Source of the DNA: Elusimicrobiota bacterium
GTDB lineage: Bacteria > Elusimicrobiota > Elusimicrobia > UBA1565
Assembly (NCBI GenBank): GCA_043827405.1
Contig: JBDRPD010000068.1
Location: 1-64,000, forward strand
Reading direction: 5' to 3'
Length of the DNA: 64,000 nt
The position numbers and the translations under genes were made by a program. Within the stretch, counting starts at the first letter, position 1. Each line of letters opens with the position of its first letter. Positions 42,575-53,600 of this stretch are shown in pieces. Under the pieces are notes generated by a model. The model was given only the letters and a program-made list of their open reading frames with translations. It had not been told where the DNA came from and did no database searches.

Positions 42575-45500
42575 ATGATAAATCGAATAATCGCTTGGTG
42601 CGCGACGCACCGCTTCTTCGTCTATCTGGGCACGGCCTTCGCCGTGGTTTGGGGTTTCTTCGCCATGAAGAATATCCCGCTGGATGCCATCCCGGATCTT
42701 TCCGACGTTCAGGTCATTGTCTTTACGGAATGGCCGGGGCGCTCCCCGGACATCGTTGAGGACCAGATCACGTATCCGATCGTGACCGCCATGGTCGCCG
42801 CGCCCAAGGTCAAAGTCGCACGGGGCTATTCCTTCCTCGGGCTTTCATTCGTCTACATCATATTCGAGGACGGCACCGATATCTATTGGGCGCGGTCGCG
42901 GACGCTGGAATACCTTTCCAAGATTCGCGGCAGCCTTCCCGACAAGGTCAATCCTGTTATGGGCCCGGACGCCACCGGCGTCGGCTGGGTGTTCGAGTAC
43001 GCCTTGGTCGACAAGAGCGGTCAGAACAGCCTGGCGGATCTGCGTTCCTTTCAGGATTGGTATCTGCGCTACTGGCTTGAGTCGGTCAAGGGGGTGGCGG
43101 AAGTCGCCTCCATCGGCGGCTTCGTCAAGCAGTACCAGGTGGAGATCGATCCGGACGCCCTGCTGGCGCACAATATTCCGTTCAGCCAGGTGGGGATGGC
43201 CATCAAGCGCTCCAACAACGACGTCGGCGGCCGGGTGTTGGAGATGTCGGAAAAAGAATACTTCGTCCGGGGGCGCGGTTATATCAAGAGTCTTAAGGAC
43301 GTGGAGAATATCCCCTTGGGGGTGGACGAAAACGGCGTACCGGTTCTGGTAAAACACGTCGCCCGCGTGCATTTTGGTCCGCAGATGCGCCGCGGCGCCG
43401 CCGAGCTCGACGGCGAGGGCGAGGTCGTGGGCGGTGTTGTGGTCATGCGTTTCGGCGAGAACGCCCTGGCCGTTATCGACCGCGTCAAGAAAAAACTGGA
43501 GGAGGTGAAAGGTTCGCTGCCTCCCGGCGTGGAGCTGGTAACGACCTATGACCGCTCCGATCTCATCCATCGCGCCATCAGCACGCTCAAGCATAAGCTG
43601 ACCGAGGAGATGCTGGTTGTGGCATTGGTGATAATGATGTTTCTTTTGCATTTTCGCAGCGCCTTGCTGCCCGTCATTATGCTGCCCATCGCGGCGCTCT
43701 TGTCCTTTATCCCGATGTATCACCTGGGATTGAGCTCGAACATAATGTCTTTGGGCGGCATCGCCATCGCCATCGGCGCCATGGTGGACGCCGCCATTAT
43801 CATGGTGGAAAACGCCCATAAACATCTTGAGGAGTGGGAGCACGAGGGAAAAAAAGAGGATATCGGTAAGGTCCTGATCCGGGCGACGCAGGAAGTGGGG
43901 CGGCCGATTTTCTTTTCGCTGCTAGTGATCGCGGTGGCCTTTATGCCGGTGTTCACGCTGGAGGCGCAGGCGGGCAGATTGTTCAAGCCACTGGCCTTCA
44001 GCAAAAACTTCTCCATGTTCTTCGCGGCGCTCCTGGCGGTGACCCTGGTCCCCGTCTTGATGCAGTCCTTGCTGCGGCCGGTGCGGGAGTTGAGCCTGCG
44101 CCCGGCCTGGTTGGGCAAGATCGTGAACTTCTTCTGGGCGGGAACGATCTACCGCGAGGACAAGCATCCTATCAGCAAGGTCCTGTTCCGCATTTACGAA
44201 CCCATTCTCCGCTGGATTCTGCAGCGGCGAAAGGCGGCCATCGCGGTCTCGATCGCGCTGATACTCTCCACGATCCCGGTCTACCTGCAGCTCGGCTCCG
44301 AGTTCATGCCGCCCTTAAATGAAGGCGACCTCCTATACATGCCCACGACCCTGCCCGGGATATCCATCGAAGCCGCCAAGACCTGGCTGCAGCAGCAGGA
44401 CAAGCTGATTCGGACCTTCCCCGAGGTGGAGCGGGTATTCGGCAAGATCGGCCGGGCGCGGACGCCGACCGACCCAGCGCCGCTCTCCATGGTGGAAACC
44501 ACGGTGAAGCTCAAGCCGCAGAAGAACTGGCCGCCGGTGCATCATGACCGCTGGTACTCCGGCTGGGCGCCCGGCTGGCTCAAGCACGGTTTGGGGATCG
44601 TATGGCCCGAGATGAAGTCCCGGACCTGGGAAGAGCTGATCAAGGCCCTGGACCATGAGGTGAAGATGCCGGGCACGACCAATGCCTGGACCATGCCCAT
44701 CAAGACCCGGATCGATATGCTGACGACCGGCATTCGCACGCCCATCGGCATCAAGGTGTTCGGTCCGGACCTCGCGCGCATTCAGCAGATCGGCGAGCAT
44801 ATCGAGGGCGTCCTGCCGCGCATCGAGGGCACGCGCAGCGTCTATGCCGAGCGGGTCACCGGAGGCTACTTCATCGACTTCGAGGTGCGCCGGGAGGAGG
44901 CGGCGCGCTACGGCTTGACGGTCGGCGATGTCCAGGACGTCATTGAGGCGGGCATCGGCGGCAAGGATGTCACCACCACGGTCGAGGGCCGCGAACGCTA
45001 TCCGGTGAACGTGCGCTACTCCCGGGAACTGCGGGATGATCTAAACAAGCTCAAGCGGGTGCTGGTGCAGACGCCGACGGGCGCTCATGTTCCTATCGCT
45101 CAACTGGCCGACATCAAGGTGAATACGGGCCCGCCGGCGATCAAGGATGAGAACGGCATGCTGACCGGCTGGGTGTACGTGGATATCGTGCCGGAACGCG
45201 ATATCGGCAGCTATGTTAAGGAAGCCAAGGCATTGGTGGCGAAAGAGATCACCCTGCCCGCCGGCTACTACCTGAGCTGGAGCGGCCAGTTCGAATATAT
45301 GGAGCAGGCGCGCAAGCGCCTGCTGGTGATTCTGCCGTTGACGGTGCTGATCATCCTGCTCCTGCTGTTTCTGAACACCGGCTCATGGGTCAAGACCGCG
45401 ATCGTCTTCCTGGCGGTGCCGTTCTCCCTGATCGGGGTGTTCTGGCTGCTTTTCATCCTTGACTACAACATGTCCATCGCCGTATGGGTGGGCGTCATCG

Positions 45501-45901
45501 CGCTGGCCGGCGTCGACGCCGAGACCGGCGTGGTCATGCTCCTGTATTTGGACCTCGCCTATGCGGACTGGATCAAGAAGGGAAAGATGAAGACCTTGGA
45601 GGATCTGGAAGAGGCGGTCATGCACGGCGCGGTCAAGCGCATCCGGCCCAAGATCATGACCGTGGGGACGACGTTTCTGGGTCTTCTTCCCATTATGTGG
45701 GCGGCGACGCATGAGGCGGGCGCCGACGTGATGAAGCGCATCGCCGCGCCTATGATCGGCGGCATCTTCACATCTTTTATAATGGAGCTTATGATCTATC
45801 CCGCCATCTATACGGTATGGAAGTGGCGTTTCGAGATGAAAGAGGGCGCGGTGACTAATGAGAAGCTTTTGCCTGTTGATTCAACGGCTGAAATATCTTA
45901 A
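42575..45901 (+). CDS. cusA: CusA/CzcA heavy-metal RND permease (Cu/Ag type)
   Basis: DAIPDLSDVQVI, GPDATGVGWV, AIGAMVDAAI.MVENAHK, GSEFMPPL.EGDLLYMP, PAPLSM.ET. Confidence 0.95.
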   Translation: MINRIIAWCATHRFFVYLGTAFAVVWGFFAMKNIPLDAIPDLSDVQVIVFTEWPGRSPDIVEDQITYPIVTAMVAAPKVKVARGYSFLGLSFVYIIFEDGTDIYWARSRTLEYLSKIRGSLPDKVNPVMGPDATGVGWVFEYALVDKSGQNSLADLRSFQDWYLRYWLESVKGVAEVASIGGFVKQYQVEIDPDALLAHNIPFSQVGMAIKRSNNDVGGRVLEMSEKEYFVRGRGYIKSLKDVENIPLGVDENGVPVLVKHVARVHFGPQMRRGAAELDGEGEVVGGVVVMRFGENALAVIDRVKKKLEEVKGSLPPGVELVTTYDRSDLIHRAISTLKHKLTEEMLVVALVIMMFLLHFRSALLPVIMLPIAALLSFIPMYHLGLSSNIMSLGGIAIAIGAMVDAAIIMVENAHKHLEEWEHEGKKEDIGKVLIRATQEVGRPIFFSLLVIAVAFMPVFTLEAQAGRLFKPLAFSKNFSMFFAALLAVTLVPVLMQSLLRPVRELSLRPAWLGKIVNFFWAGTIYREDKHPISKVLFRIYEPILRWILQRRKAAIAVSIALILSTIPVYLQLGSEFMPPLNEGDLLYMPTTLPGISIEAAKTWLQQQDKLIRTFPEVERVFGKIGRARTPTDPAPLSMVETTVKLKPQKNWPPVHHDRWYSGWAPGWLKHGLGIVWPEMKSRTWEELIKALDHEVKMPGTTNAWTMPIKTRIDMLTTGIRTPIGIKVFGPDLARIQQIGEHIEGVLPRIEGTRSVYAERVTGGYFIDFEVRREEAARYGLTVGDVQDVIEAGIGGKDVTTTVEGRERYPVNVRYSRELRDDLNKLKRVLVQTPTGAHVPIAQLADIKVNTGPPAIKDENGMLTGWVYVDIVPERDIGSYVKEAKALVAKEITLPAGYYLSWSGQFEYMEQARKRLLVILPLTVLIILLLLFLNTGSWVKTAIVFLAVPFSLIGVFWLLFILDYNMSIAVWVGVIALAGVDAETGVVMLLYLDLAYADWIKKGKMKTLEDLEEAVMHGAVKRIRPKIMTVGTTFLGLLPIMWAATHEAGADVMKRIAAPMIGGIFTSFIMELMIYPAIYTVWKWRFEMKEGAVTNEKLLPVDSTAEIS

Positions 45902-46025
45902 TATCTACATGTCCGGCACCCCCGGCCCCTAAGGGTTGGCCTGGGGAATAGGTCCAAAAAATAAAGGAAAAGGGTCTTTCGGCTCATTCGAGTCGCAAGG
46001 GCTTCTGTTAATATTTAAAAAGAAG

Positions 46026-48455
46026 ATGAATATCTTAAGGCTGGCGGCGGCATTTTTTCTGCTCTGCGGGGCGGCGCCCGTTTCGGCCGTGGTCGACAAT
46101 CCGCGGCAGACGCAGCTGCGCTTCGTCCCGCCGAAAAGCCGCAAGGCCGTGCGCGGCGCCTTCTGGGAGACCATGTTCCGGCTCGAGCGCAAGCAGATGA
46201 ACGAGCAGAACAGCCAGCATGGCCGCAAGAATCTCGTCGAGCGTATCCGCGACAACCTTCACCGTTTGTCGCCGCGGCAGCAGACCGATACCATGCTGCG
46301 CTTTCTGCGCATCGCCTACCACTACCGGGGCAAGGAAGATCCGCAGACGCCGTCCGATGATCGCGCCTTTCACTCCGAGAAGTTCTTCCAGGAGGTCGAC
46401 GCCTATTCGCGCAAGGCCGAGAAGGAGTTCCTTAGCAACCGGGACGACACCTATGTCCGGCTGTTTTCCGATATCCGCTCGCTGGCCTCGGCGGGGACCG
46501 AGGGCCTGCGGCTGTCGCGCGATCTGACGCGCATCGATCCGCAGAACGCTTTGCTGCAAGGCCGGCTGGCGCAGGACTACCTGAACGTCGGAGATCTGGA
46601 GGAGGCGGTGGCGGCGAGCCAGCGCGCCATCCGGCTCAATCCGACGCGGGCGCTGCCTTTTACCACCATGGCCAGCGCGAAGTATTCCCTCGGCGACCTG
46701 GGGGGCGCGCATGAGGCGGCCGCCTCGGCGCTGCTGCTCGATCCCGGCGACAAGATCGCCTACTCGATCATGAAGCTGACCAAGAGCCGCTCCGACGACG
46801 GCGAGGAGAGCGGCGGCGGCGCGGGCTTCGACGGAGCGCCGGTTACGGCTTTCGATCTCGCGCCGGAGGATGCGCCGGCCAAAGACGCGGTCCAGGCGCT
46901 GACGGCAGGAGCGGCGGGCCGGCTGCTGCCGGCGCGGGCGTTGTCGCCGGGAGCCGTCGAGCGCCTGCGGGCGTCAAAGCAGCTGGCTGACCAGGCGCGC
47001 ATGGAGATCCGCGACGGAAACTTCAAGTCCGCGCTGCGGCTGACCGGCGAAGCGCTGGCAAAAGATCCCGAGAATACCTCGGCGCTGTTCCGCCGGGCGC
47101 ATGCCAACTACCGGCTCAAGCGATTCGACCAGGCGCTGGGCGATACTTCGGCCGCCGTCGCGCTCATGGGCGCCAAGCCCAATCCTATTTTGCTGATGCT
47201 GCATGCGCGCATTCTCAACAGCCTCGACCGGCCGCAGGAAGCGCTGGCCGCCGTCGATCGGGCTCTCGCGACGGGGCCGGCGGCCGATATCCAGGCCAAG
47301 CTGCTGTTCCAGAAGGCCTGGTCGCTGGTGTCTTTGGACCACAAAGAGGACGCGCTGCATACTCTCGCCCAGGCGGCGCGTCTCGACGGCAGATATATTC
47401 CGTACTACCAGGAAGCGCTTGAGCTGCCCAACGAAGCCGATTGGACGGTGATCTTCCGCCGTGAGCTGGCGGCCGAAGCGCCGCGTTATACGCGCAATGC
47501 GGTGCGCCGCGTCGTCAGCGGGCGCATGGCGATGATTCTGCTGCTGACGCTCATGGGAGGCTTCCTCGTCGCCCTGGGCGTGCTGCACGTCTTCGGCGGC
47601 CGCTCGGGCGCGGCGTCCGGCGCCGCGGCCGGCGTGGGTATCGCCCCGCCGCACAGCGAGCTGCTGGGGGGAACCTACCGCATCAGCCGCAAGATCGGGG
47701 TCGGCGGCATGGGCGTCGTCTACGAGGCGCTGGACGTGAACCTGCAGCGCTCTGTGGCGATCAAAAAGCTGCGCGATGAGATCAGCCGCGATCCGCGCGA
47801 GCGCGAGCGCTTCATCCGGGAGGCGCGAACGGTCGCGCTGCTGCGCCATCCGAACATCGTCCAAATCCATACCGTGGTGGCGGATCCCGCGGACACCTAT
47901 CTCGTCTTCGAGCTGGTCGACGGGCATACCGTGGGCGACTATATCCACCATTACAAGCGGCTGGCTCTCGCCCCCGCGCTGCGCATCCTTGAAGGGACGG
48001 CGGCCGGGCTCGAGTTCGCGCACCGCAACGGGGTCGTGCACCGCGACCTGAAGCCCTCGAATATCATGATCAGCCGCGAAAACGTCGTTAAGGTCATGGA
48101 TTTCGGCGTGGCGCGTCAGGCCAAGGACGCCATGCTTTCCAAAGCCTATACGATCTCCGGCACGCCGCCGTATATGGCTCCCGAGCAGGATGAAGGGAAA
48201 GCCTGCGCCGCCACCGACGTCTTCGCGATGGCGGTCTGTCTCTATGAGCTGGTGACCGGAGTCCTGCCCTTTAACGGGACCAGTTCGGGAATGGCGCTGG
48301 CCAAGCTGCGCCGTACGTATACGCCGGCGTCGAAGCTGGCACCCGACCTGCCGGCTGGTTTCGATCAGGTGATGGCCTGGGGGCTGGAGCCCGACCCAAG
48401 CAAACGCTGCCCGTCGCCGGCCAAGTTCGTCCAGGGCTTCCAGGCCCTGGCGTAG
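46026..48455 (+). CDS. Receptor-like Ser/Thr protein kinase (signal peptide, TPRs, TM, C-terminal Hanks kinase)
   Basis: IGVGGMGVVY, VAIKK, HRDLKPSN, DFG, GTPPYMAPE; TPRs; TM at about 47530-47595. Confidence 0.92.
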   Translation: MNILRLAAAFFLLCGAAPVSAVVDNPRQTQLRFVPPKSRKAVRGAFWETMFRLERKQMNEQNSQHGRKNLVERIRDNLHRLSPRQQTDTMLRFLRIAYHYRGKEDPQTPSDDRAFHSEKFFQEVDAYSRKAEKEFLSNRDDTYVRLFSDIRSLASAGTEGLRLSRDLTRIDPQNALLQGRLAQDYLNVGDLEEAVAASQRAIRLNPTRALPFTTMASAKYSLGDLGGAHEAAASALLLDPGDKIAYSIMKLTKSRSDDGEESGGGAGFDGAPVTAFDLAPEDAPAKDAVQALTAGAAGRLLPARALSPGAVERLRASKQLADQARMEIRDGNFKSALRLTGEALAKDPENTSALFRRAHANYRLKRFDQALGDTSAAVALMGAKPNPILLMLHARILNSLDRPQEALAAVDRALATGPAADIQAKLLFQKAWSLVSLDHKEDALHTLAQAARLDGRYIPYYQEALELPNEADWTVIFRRELAAEAPRYTRNAVRRVVSGRMAMILLLTLMGGFLVALGVLHVFGGRSGAASGAAAGVGIAPPHSELLGGTYRISRKIGVGGMGVVYEALDVNLQRSVAIKKLRDEISRDPRERERFIREARTVALLRHPNIVQIHTVVADPADTYLVFELVDGHTVGDYIHHYKRLALAPALRILEGTAAGLEFAHRNGVVHRDLKPSNIMISRENVVKVMDFGVARQAKDAMLSKAYTISGTPPYMAPEQDEGKACAATDVFAMAVCLYELVTGVLPFNGTSSGMALAKLRRTYTPASKLAPDLPAGFDQVMAWGLEPDPSKRCPSPAKFVQGFQALA

Positions 48456-48461
48456 CGGCGT

Positions 48462-48890
48462 CTATCTCCGCTCGATGTAGTCGACGAAGTACTGCAGGTA
48501 CTTCTCCTCGTCGAAGACCTCGCGCAGGACGCCCGCGAAATCCGACAGGCTGACCATCCCCACGGGCTTCTTGCCGTCGGTGATGGGGACGTGGCGAAAG
48601 CGCCGCCGCGACAGGAGCTCAAAGACTTTCTCGAGCGGCTCCTCGCGGTCCACCGTCGCGGGCTCCCGCGTCATATGCTCGGAGACGGCGGCATTTTCCG
48701 CGTCGATGCCTTCGGGCACGATCTTGTTGGCGAGGTCCCGCTCGGTGAATACGCCGACGATTTCGTCATTTTCCGCCACCACGACCGAGCCGACGCCCTT
48801 GCGCCGCATGAGGAGCGCGACGTTTTTTACCGTCTCGGTAGGGGATACGGTCACCACGTCGCAGAGCAGCAGCTTGGCCTTGTATTCCAC
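48462..48890 (-). CDS. CBS-pair domain protein
   Basis: VGSVVV..GVFTERD, MTREP, RHVPI..GMVSLSD. GTG 48890 has an RBS-like GAGGT and an upstream TGCTAGAAT. Confidence 0.88.
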   Translation of the reverse strand: MEYKAKLLLCDVVTVSPTETVKNVALLMRRKGVGSVVVAENDEIVGVFTERDLANKIVPEGIDAENAAVSEHMTREPATVDREEPLEKVFELLSRRRFRHVPITDGKKPVGMVSLSDFAGVLREVFDEEKYLQYFVDYIERR

Positions 48891-49101
48891 GGGGGCACCT
48901 CGGTTGTCGGGTATGCGCCATTCTAGCAAAATGGCCCGCGCGTGAATTCAGCCGATAGAAAGCTGCGTGGGCAAAACGATGAGGGTCCGCGCCTCTAGCG
49001 CAGATACAGGTCGGCGGCGGCGCCGCTGAGACCATTGAGGAGATAGAAGGTGAAGAGCCCGTGACGCGCGTGATCGAGCGCGCGCCTTCGGTGCCGCCGA
49101 A

Positions 49102-50634
49102 TTACTGGCTGTAGCGCTTTTGGTACTCCTTCTTAAGCGCCTCGATTTCCTGCGGCGACAGGCCCTGGAGCCACAAGTGCTCCTCGCCCTCGAGCAGCTT
49201 GTCGATCTTGGCCTGCCACTTCTTGCCCAGGGCGGCGCTCTTCTTCTCCGCCGCCTTGATCACCGCCGGGAGGAACTTGTTGTAGAAGTGCTTGGACACC
49301 TCGTACATGCCGTGCCAGTGCGTATAGTCCGGCCCCATCATGCTGGCGCCGTGGCGGGCGCGCCGGCCCTCGTGATGCCATAGCTCCCAGAACACCCACT
49401 GGACTTCCTGCGCGAAGGGCGACTTCGGGTTGAGGATGCCGTCCTCGGTCAGCTCGGCCATGATCTTGACCGACGGCTTGGCGAACTTGTCGTTGTAGAG
49501 CGCCACCAGGCTGTCGAACTGCTTATAGAAGTTCTCGACGAAGGTCTCGCCGTGGCAGTTGCGGCAGACGCCCTGCATCGCCGCGCGGCGCTCCTCCCAG
49601 CGGACGATCTTCGCCGCCTTGCGCTTGACCGAGCGGCTGATGAGGGCGTCGTTTTCTACCGCCGTCTCGCTGGTGTCGACGGTATCGCCGATCTTGGGCA
49701 GCGCGCGGTTCTCGGGATAGTCCTCTTTATACCCGTCGGCGAACAGCACTAGATTCAGCTTGGTGCTGACCATGGGCCGCAGGGTCCAGCTGATGCGCGA
49801 GCCGACGTCGTGCGAGTATCCCTGCGCCTTGCCGTCCGGGGTCATATATGAGGAGATGTGGCAGGTGGCGCAGGTCGGAGCGGCCGAGTAGTCGCGGCCG
49901 AGCACCCAGTCGCCGTCTTTTTCCAGGGCCATCTCGTGCCGGTTGGCGTGGAAGGCGATGCCGTGCTTGGACTCGTTGTAGATCTCTATCTGCGGATGGT
50001 CCGGCCCCAGGTGGCACTTGCCGCAGTTCTCCGGCGCCCGGGCCAGCTTCGCCTCAAAGGAGTGGCGCGAATGGCAGGCGTGGCAGGAGCCTTTCGACCC
50101 GTCCGGATTGAGCCGGCCCACCCCGCTGTTGGGCCAGGAGTCGGGGTCGATGACCGGCTTGCCCTTATCGCGCAGCACCTCTCCCTTGGCGTCCTTCATG
50201 TATTTGATGATGCTGCCGTGGCACTGCCAGCAGCCGTTGACCGCGTCGGCGATATTGCCGGGCATGCCGGCGACCTTCTCGGCGAGCACGTTGTCGAGGC
50301 TGGCGAGGATCTCTCCGGCCTTGGCGTGGTGGCTGGTGGAGAACTCCTCGAACTGCGCTTGATGGCACTGCGCGCAGTCCTTCGGCGTCACGATCGGGGT
50401 GACCCATTCGCCGCCGTGCTTCCAAGCGTCCACATCCTTCTCTTCGGCGCTGTGGCAGGTCAGGCAGTCGAAGCCCATCTCGGCATGCCTGGACTTTTTG
50501 AACTCCTGCACCAGCGCGGGAGAGCGCTTCTCATGGCAGCCGGCGCAGCTTTCCGCCGCCGCGGGTTGGGCGGCGGCGCCAAGCGCGCAAATGATGAACA
50601 AAATTTCGGCGACAGTGTGAAAAGGCTTATGCAT
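49102..50634 (-). CDS. Octaheme cytochrome c, hydroxylamine oxidoreductase (HAO) family
   Basis: Eight CxxCH motifs (CAGCH, CLTCH, CAQCH, CWQCH, CHACH, CGKCH, CATCH, CRNCH); GPDHPQIEIYNESKHG; GPDYTHWHG; signal peptide. Confidence 0.9.
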   Translation of the reverse strand: MHKPFHTVAEILFIICALGAAAQPAAAESCAGCHEKRSPALVQEFKKSRHAEMGFDCLTCHSAEEKDVDAWKHGGEWVTPIVTPKDCAQCHQAQFEEFSTSHHAKAGEILASLDNVLAEKVAGMPGNIADAVNGCWQCHGSIIKYMKDAKGEVLRDKGKPVIDPDSWPNSGVGRLNPDGSKGSCHACHSRHSFEAKLARAPENCGKCHLGPDHPQIEIYNESKHGIAFHANRHEMALEKDGDWVLGRDYSAAPTCATCHISSYMTPDGKAQGYSHDVGSRISWTLRPMVSTKLNLVLFADGYKEDYPENRALPKIGDTVDTSETAVENDALISRSVKRKAAKIVRWEERRAAMQGVCRNCHGETFVENFYKQFDSLVALYNDKFAKPSVKIMAELTEDGILNPKSPFAQEVQWVFWELWHHEGRRARHGASMMGPDYTHWHGMYEVSKHFYNKFLPAVIKAAEKKSAALGKKWQAKIDKLLEGEEHLWLQGLSPQEIEALKKEYQKRYSQ

Positions 50635-50687
50635 GCGGCTATTATAGCGCTTTAAACTTTCGCCGCTATTGCTGTATCCTATTCGGC

Positions 50688-53600
50688 ATGAGCCAACCGA
50701 AAGCACGCTACCGATTGGAACCGGAAACCTCCTCCTTCATTATTGAGAACTACAACTGGGGCGAGTCTTTCTCCAATTTCTTCCCCGGCATCGCCGGCAA
50801 ATGGGGCATACCCCTATGGTGCTACTACATCAACCGCGGCCAGGCGGTAGCCTCCATGGGCGTGGGCAATAAAGACGGCCAGATCCTGGAGTTCTACTCC
50901 TTCAATAAGGCCGTGATGCGCGTCGCCCGCGAGGGCTTCCGGACCTTCATCCGGGCGGACGGCGGGCCGGTCTACGAACCCTTCCGCAAGACGCGGCAAC
51001 GCGGCGTGCGGCAATTGATGCGCATCTCGCCGGCCGAGCTCATGATCCGGGAGACCAACGACCGGCTCGGGCTCGAAATAGAAGTGCGCTACTTCCCGCT
51101 GCCGAACCTGCCGATCGCGGCGCTGGCGCGCGACGTACGCATCCGCAACCTGCGCCGCAAGTCGCGCCGTCTGGAGTGGATCGACGGCGCCCCGCGCATC
51201 CTGCCGTTCGGGCTCAACCAGGGCAGCATTAAGTTCACTTCGCGCCACATTGAAGCCATGATGGGAGTCGACATGTTCCACGGCTTCCCGGTATTCCGTC
51301 TTAAACAAACGGCGGCGGACACCGAACGGATAGATAAGATCACCGACGGCCATTTTTACGCCCCGCTGGGAAGCGCCCGCGACCGCGGCATCGTCGTAGA
51401 CCCCGCGGTCCTGTTCGGCGAGACGCTGAACTTCGACCATCCGTGGAGCTTCGAGGAGGAGGGGGCGCGCGGCGTCCTGGCGCGCACGCAAATCCGCGAA
51501 AATAAGACGCCGGCGGCCTTTGCCGTACGCAGCGAGCGGCTGGCCGGCCGGGAAGAAACGCGTCAGGTCTCCTTCCTCGGCCATGTGCGCCGCGACGAAG
51601 ACCTTCTCCCCTTCCTAACGGCGCTTAAGCGCAAGAGCTTCATCAGCCGCAAGCGCCGCGAAAACACCCGCATCGCGGGCGCGGTGGCGCACCACTGCTT
51701 CACCGCCTCGGCGGCGCCCGCATTCGACGCCTACTGCGGCCAGGACTTTCTCGATAACGTGATCCGCGGCGGCATGCCGCTGATGTTCGACACCGCCGCG
51801 GGCCCCAGCGCCTTTTACCTCTATTCACGGCAGAACGGCGGCCTGGAGCGCGACTACCATCAGTTCGTGCTCGACGCCACGTACCTGTCCCAAGGCAACG
51901 GCCACTACCGCAGCGTGCTGCAGAACCGCCGCACCGACACCTGGTTTTTCCCCCAGGTGGAGGATGCCAATATTCGCACCTTCATGAACCTGATCCAGCT
52001 CGACGGCTACAACCCGCTCGAAGTGCGCTGCGCCGCCTACCGGGTCGCCGACGAAAAGGGCATGCGGCTGTGGCTGCGCCGCCGTGTGCGCTCGCGCCGC
52101 ACCCGCGAGGCGATGCAAGAGCTTATCCGCCGCCCCTTCTCGCCCGGCGAGTTTTTGCGGCGGCTGGAGCATTCCGGCGGCGGCGCCTGGAACGCCCGCT
52201 CCGGCGCCCGGCGCGAGCGCATCATTCGGGAGGCTCTCACCTTCTGCGTCGAAGACGAACTCGGCGGGCTGCACGAAGGCTTCTGGGTAGATCATTGGCA
52301 CTACAACTTTGACCTGCTCGAAAACTATCTCATGGTGTATCCCGACCGCCTGCGGCGTCTGCTGCTTGAACGCCGCGACTACACCTTCTTCGATGATCCC
52401 GATATTATCCTGCCGCGCGCGAAGAAAAGCGTCGATGCCGGCGGCCGCATCCGCAGCTACGGAGCGGTGGTGCGTGATCCGGATAAGCAGAAGATGATCG
52501 CGGCCAGAATATCCCTGCCCTACACGGTGCGTACGCGCGGCGGCCGGGGCCGGATATACCGGACCCACCTGCTCGCTAAGCTGCTGTGCATCGTCGTCAA
52601 CCGCCTGGCGACGCTCGACGCCTCCGGCACCGGCGTCGAAAAAGAAGCGGGCAAACCGGGCTGGAACGATTCGATGAACGGCCTGCCCGGGCTGTTCGGC
52701 TCAGGGCTGTCCGAGGCGATGGAACTGCGCCGCGCCGTGCGCTTCCTCCACGATGCCATCAGCGACCCAAAACTGGCGGACGGCGGCAGGGTCACGCTCT
52801 ACGGGGAGCTCGCTTCTTTTATCCGCGCCCTGCGCAAGATCATGCGGCGGCGAACCGCCTCCCGCGCTAAAATCGCCGACTTCCGCTACTGGGACGAATC
52901 CAATTCACTCAAGGAGCGCTACCGGGAGCGCACAAAGTTCGGCGTCACCGGGAGCGAGACTAAGATTTCGCCGGCCGAACTTAAGGGGTTTCTTGCCGAT
53001 GCCCAGGAGCTGCTCGACACCCTGTGCCGCGGCCCCCGGCGGCGGCGCTTCCTTAACAGAGACGGCGTACCCTACACCTACTTCGTCAATAAAGTTACCC
53101 GCCACCGCCTCACCGGCGGCCGCAGCCATCTCGACCTGCCGCTGGTCGAGCCGCGCGCCTTCCGCCAGCGGCCGGTCCGTCTGTTCTTGGAGGGGCCGGT
53201 GCACTGGATGAAGGCCCGGCGCTCCGACGCCAAAGCGGTCTACTCCGCCGTACGGCGCTCCGGCATCTACGACCGCAAGCTTAAGATGTATAAGTCCTGC
53301 GAAGATATGCGGGGGGAGTCGCACGAGCTGGGCCGGGCGGTGGGCGCCTATCCCCGCGGCTGGATCGAAAATGAGTCGGTCTACCTGCACATGGAGTACA
53401 AGTACCTGCTCGAGATCCTCCGCGCCGGCTTATGCCGCGAGTTTTGGTCCGACGCTAAAACCTGTCTTATTCCCTTCATGGACCCGGCGGTCTATAAGCG
53501 AAGCACCCTGGAGGGCGCATCCTTCCTGGTCTCCAGCGCCTACGTCGACCCGCGCCTGCACGGCCGCGCCTTTCAGCCGCGGCTCTCCGGGCTAACCTGC

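Noticed and set aside
49102..50634. Evidence for ammonia oxidation or anammox
   Set aside because: No amo, cycAB or hzs context, and the C-terminal motif resembles reductive family members.
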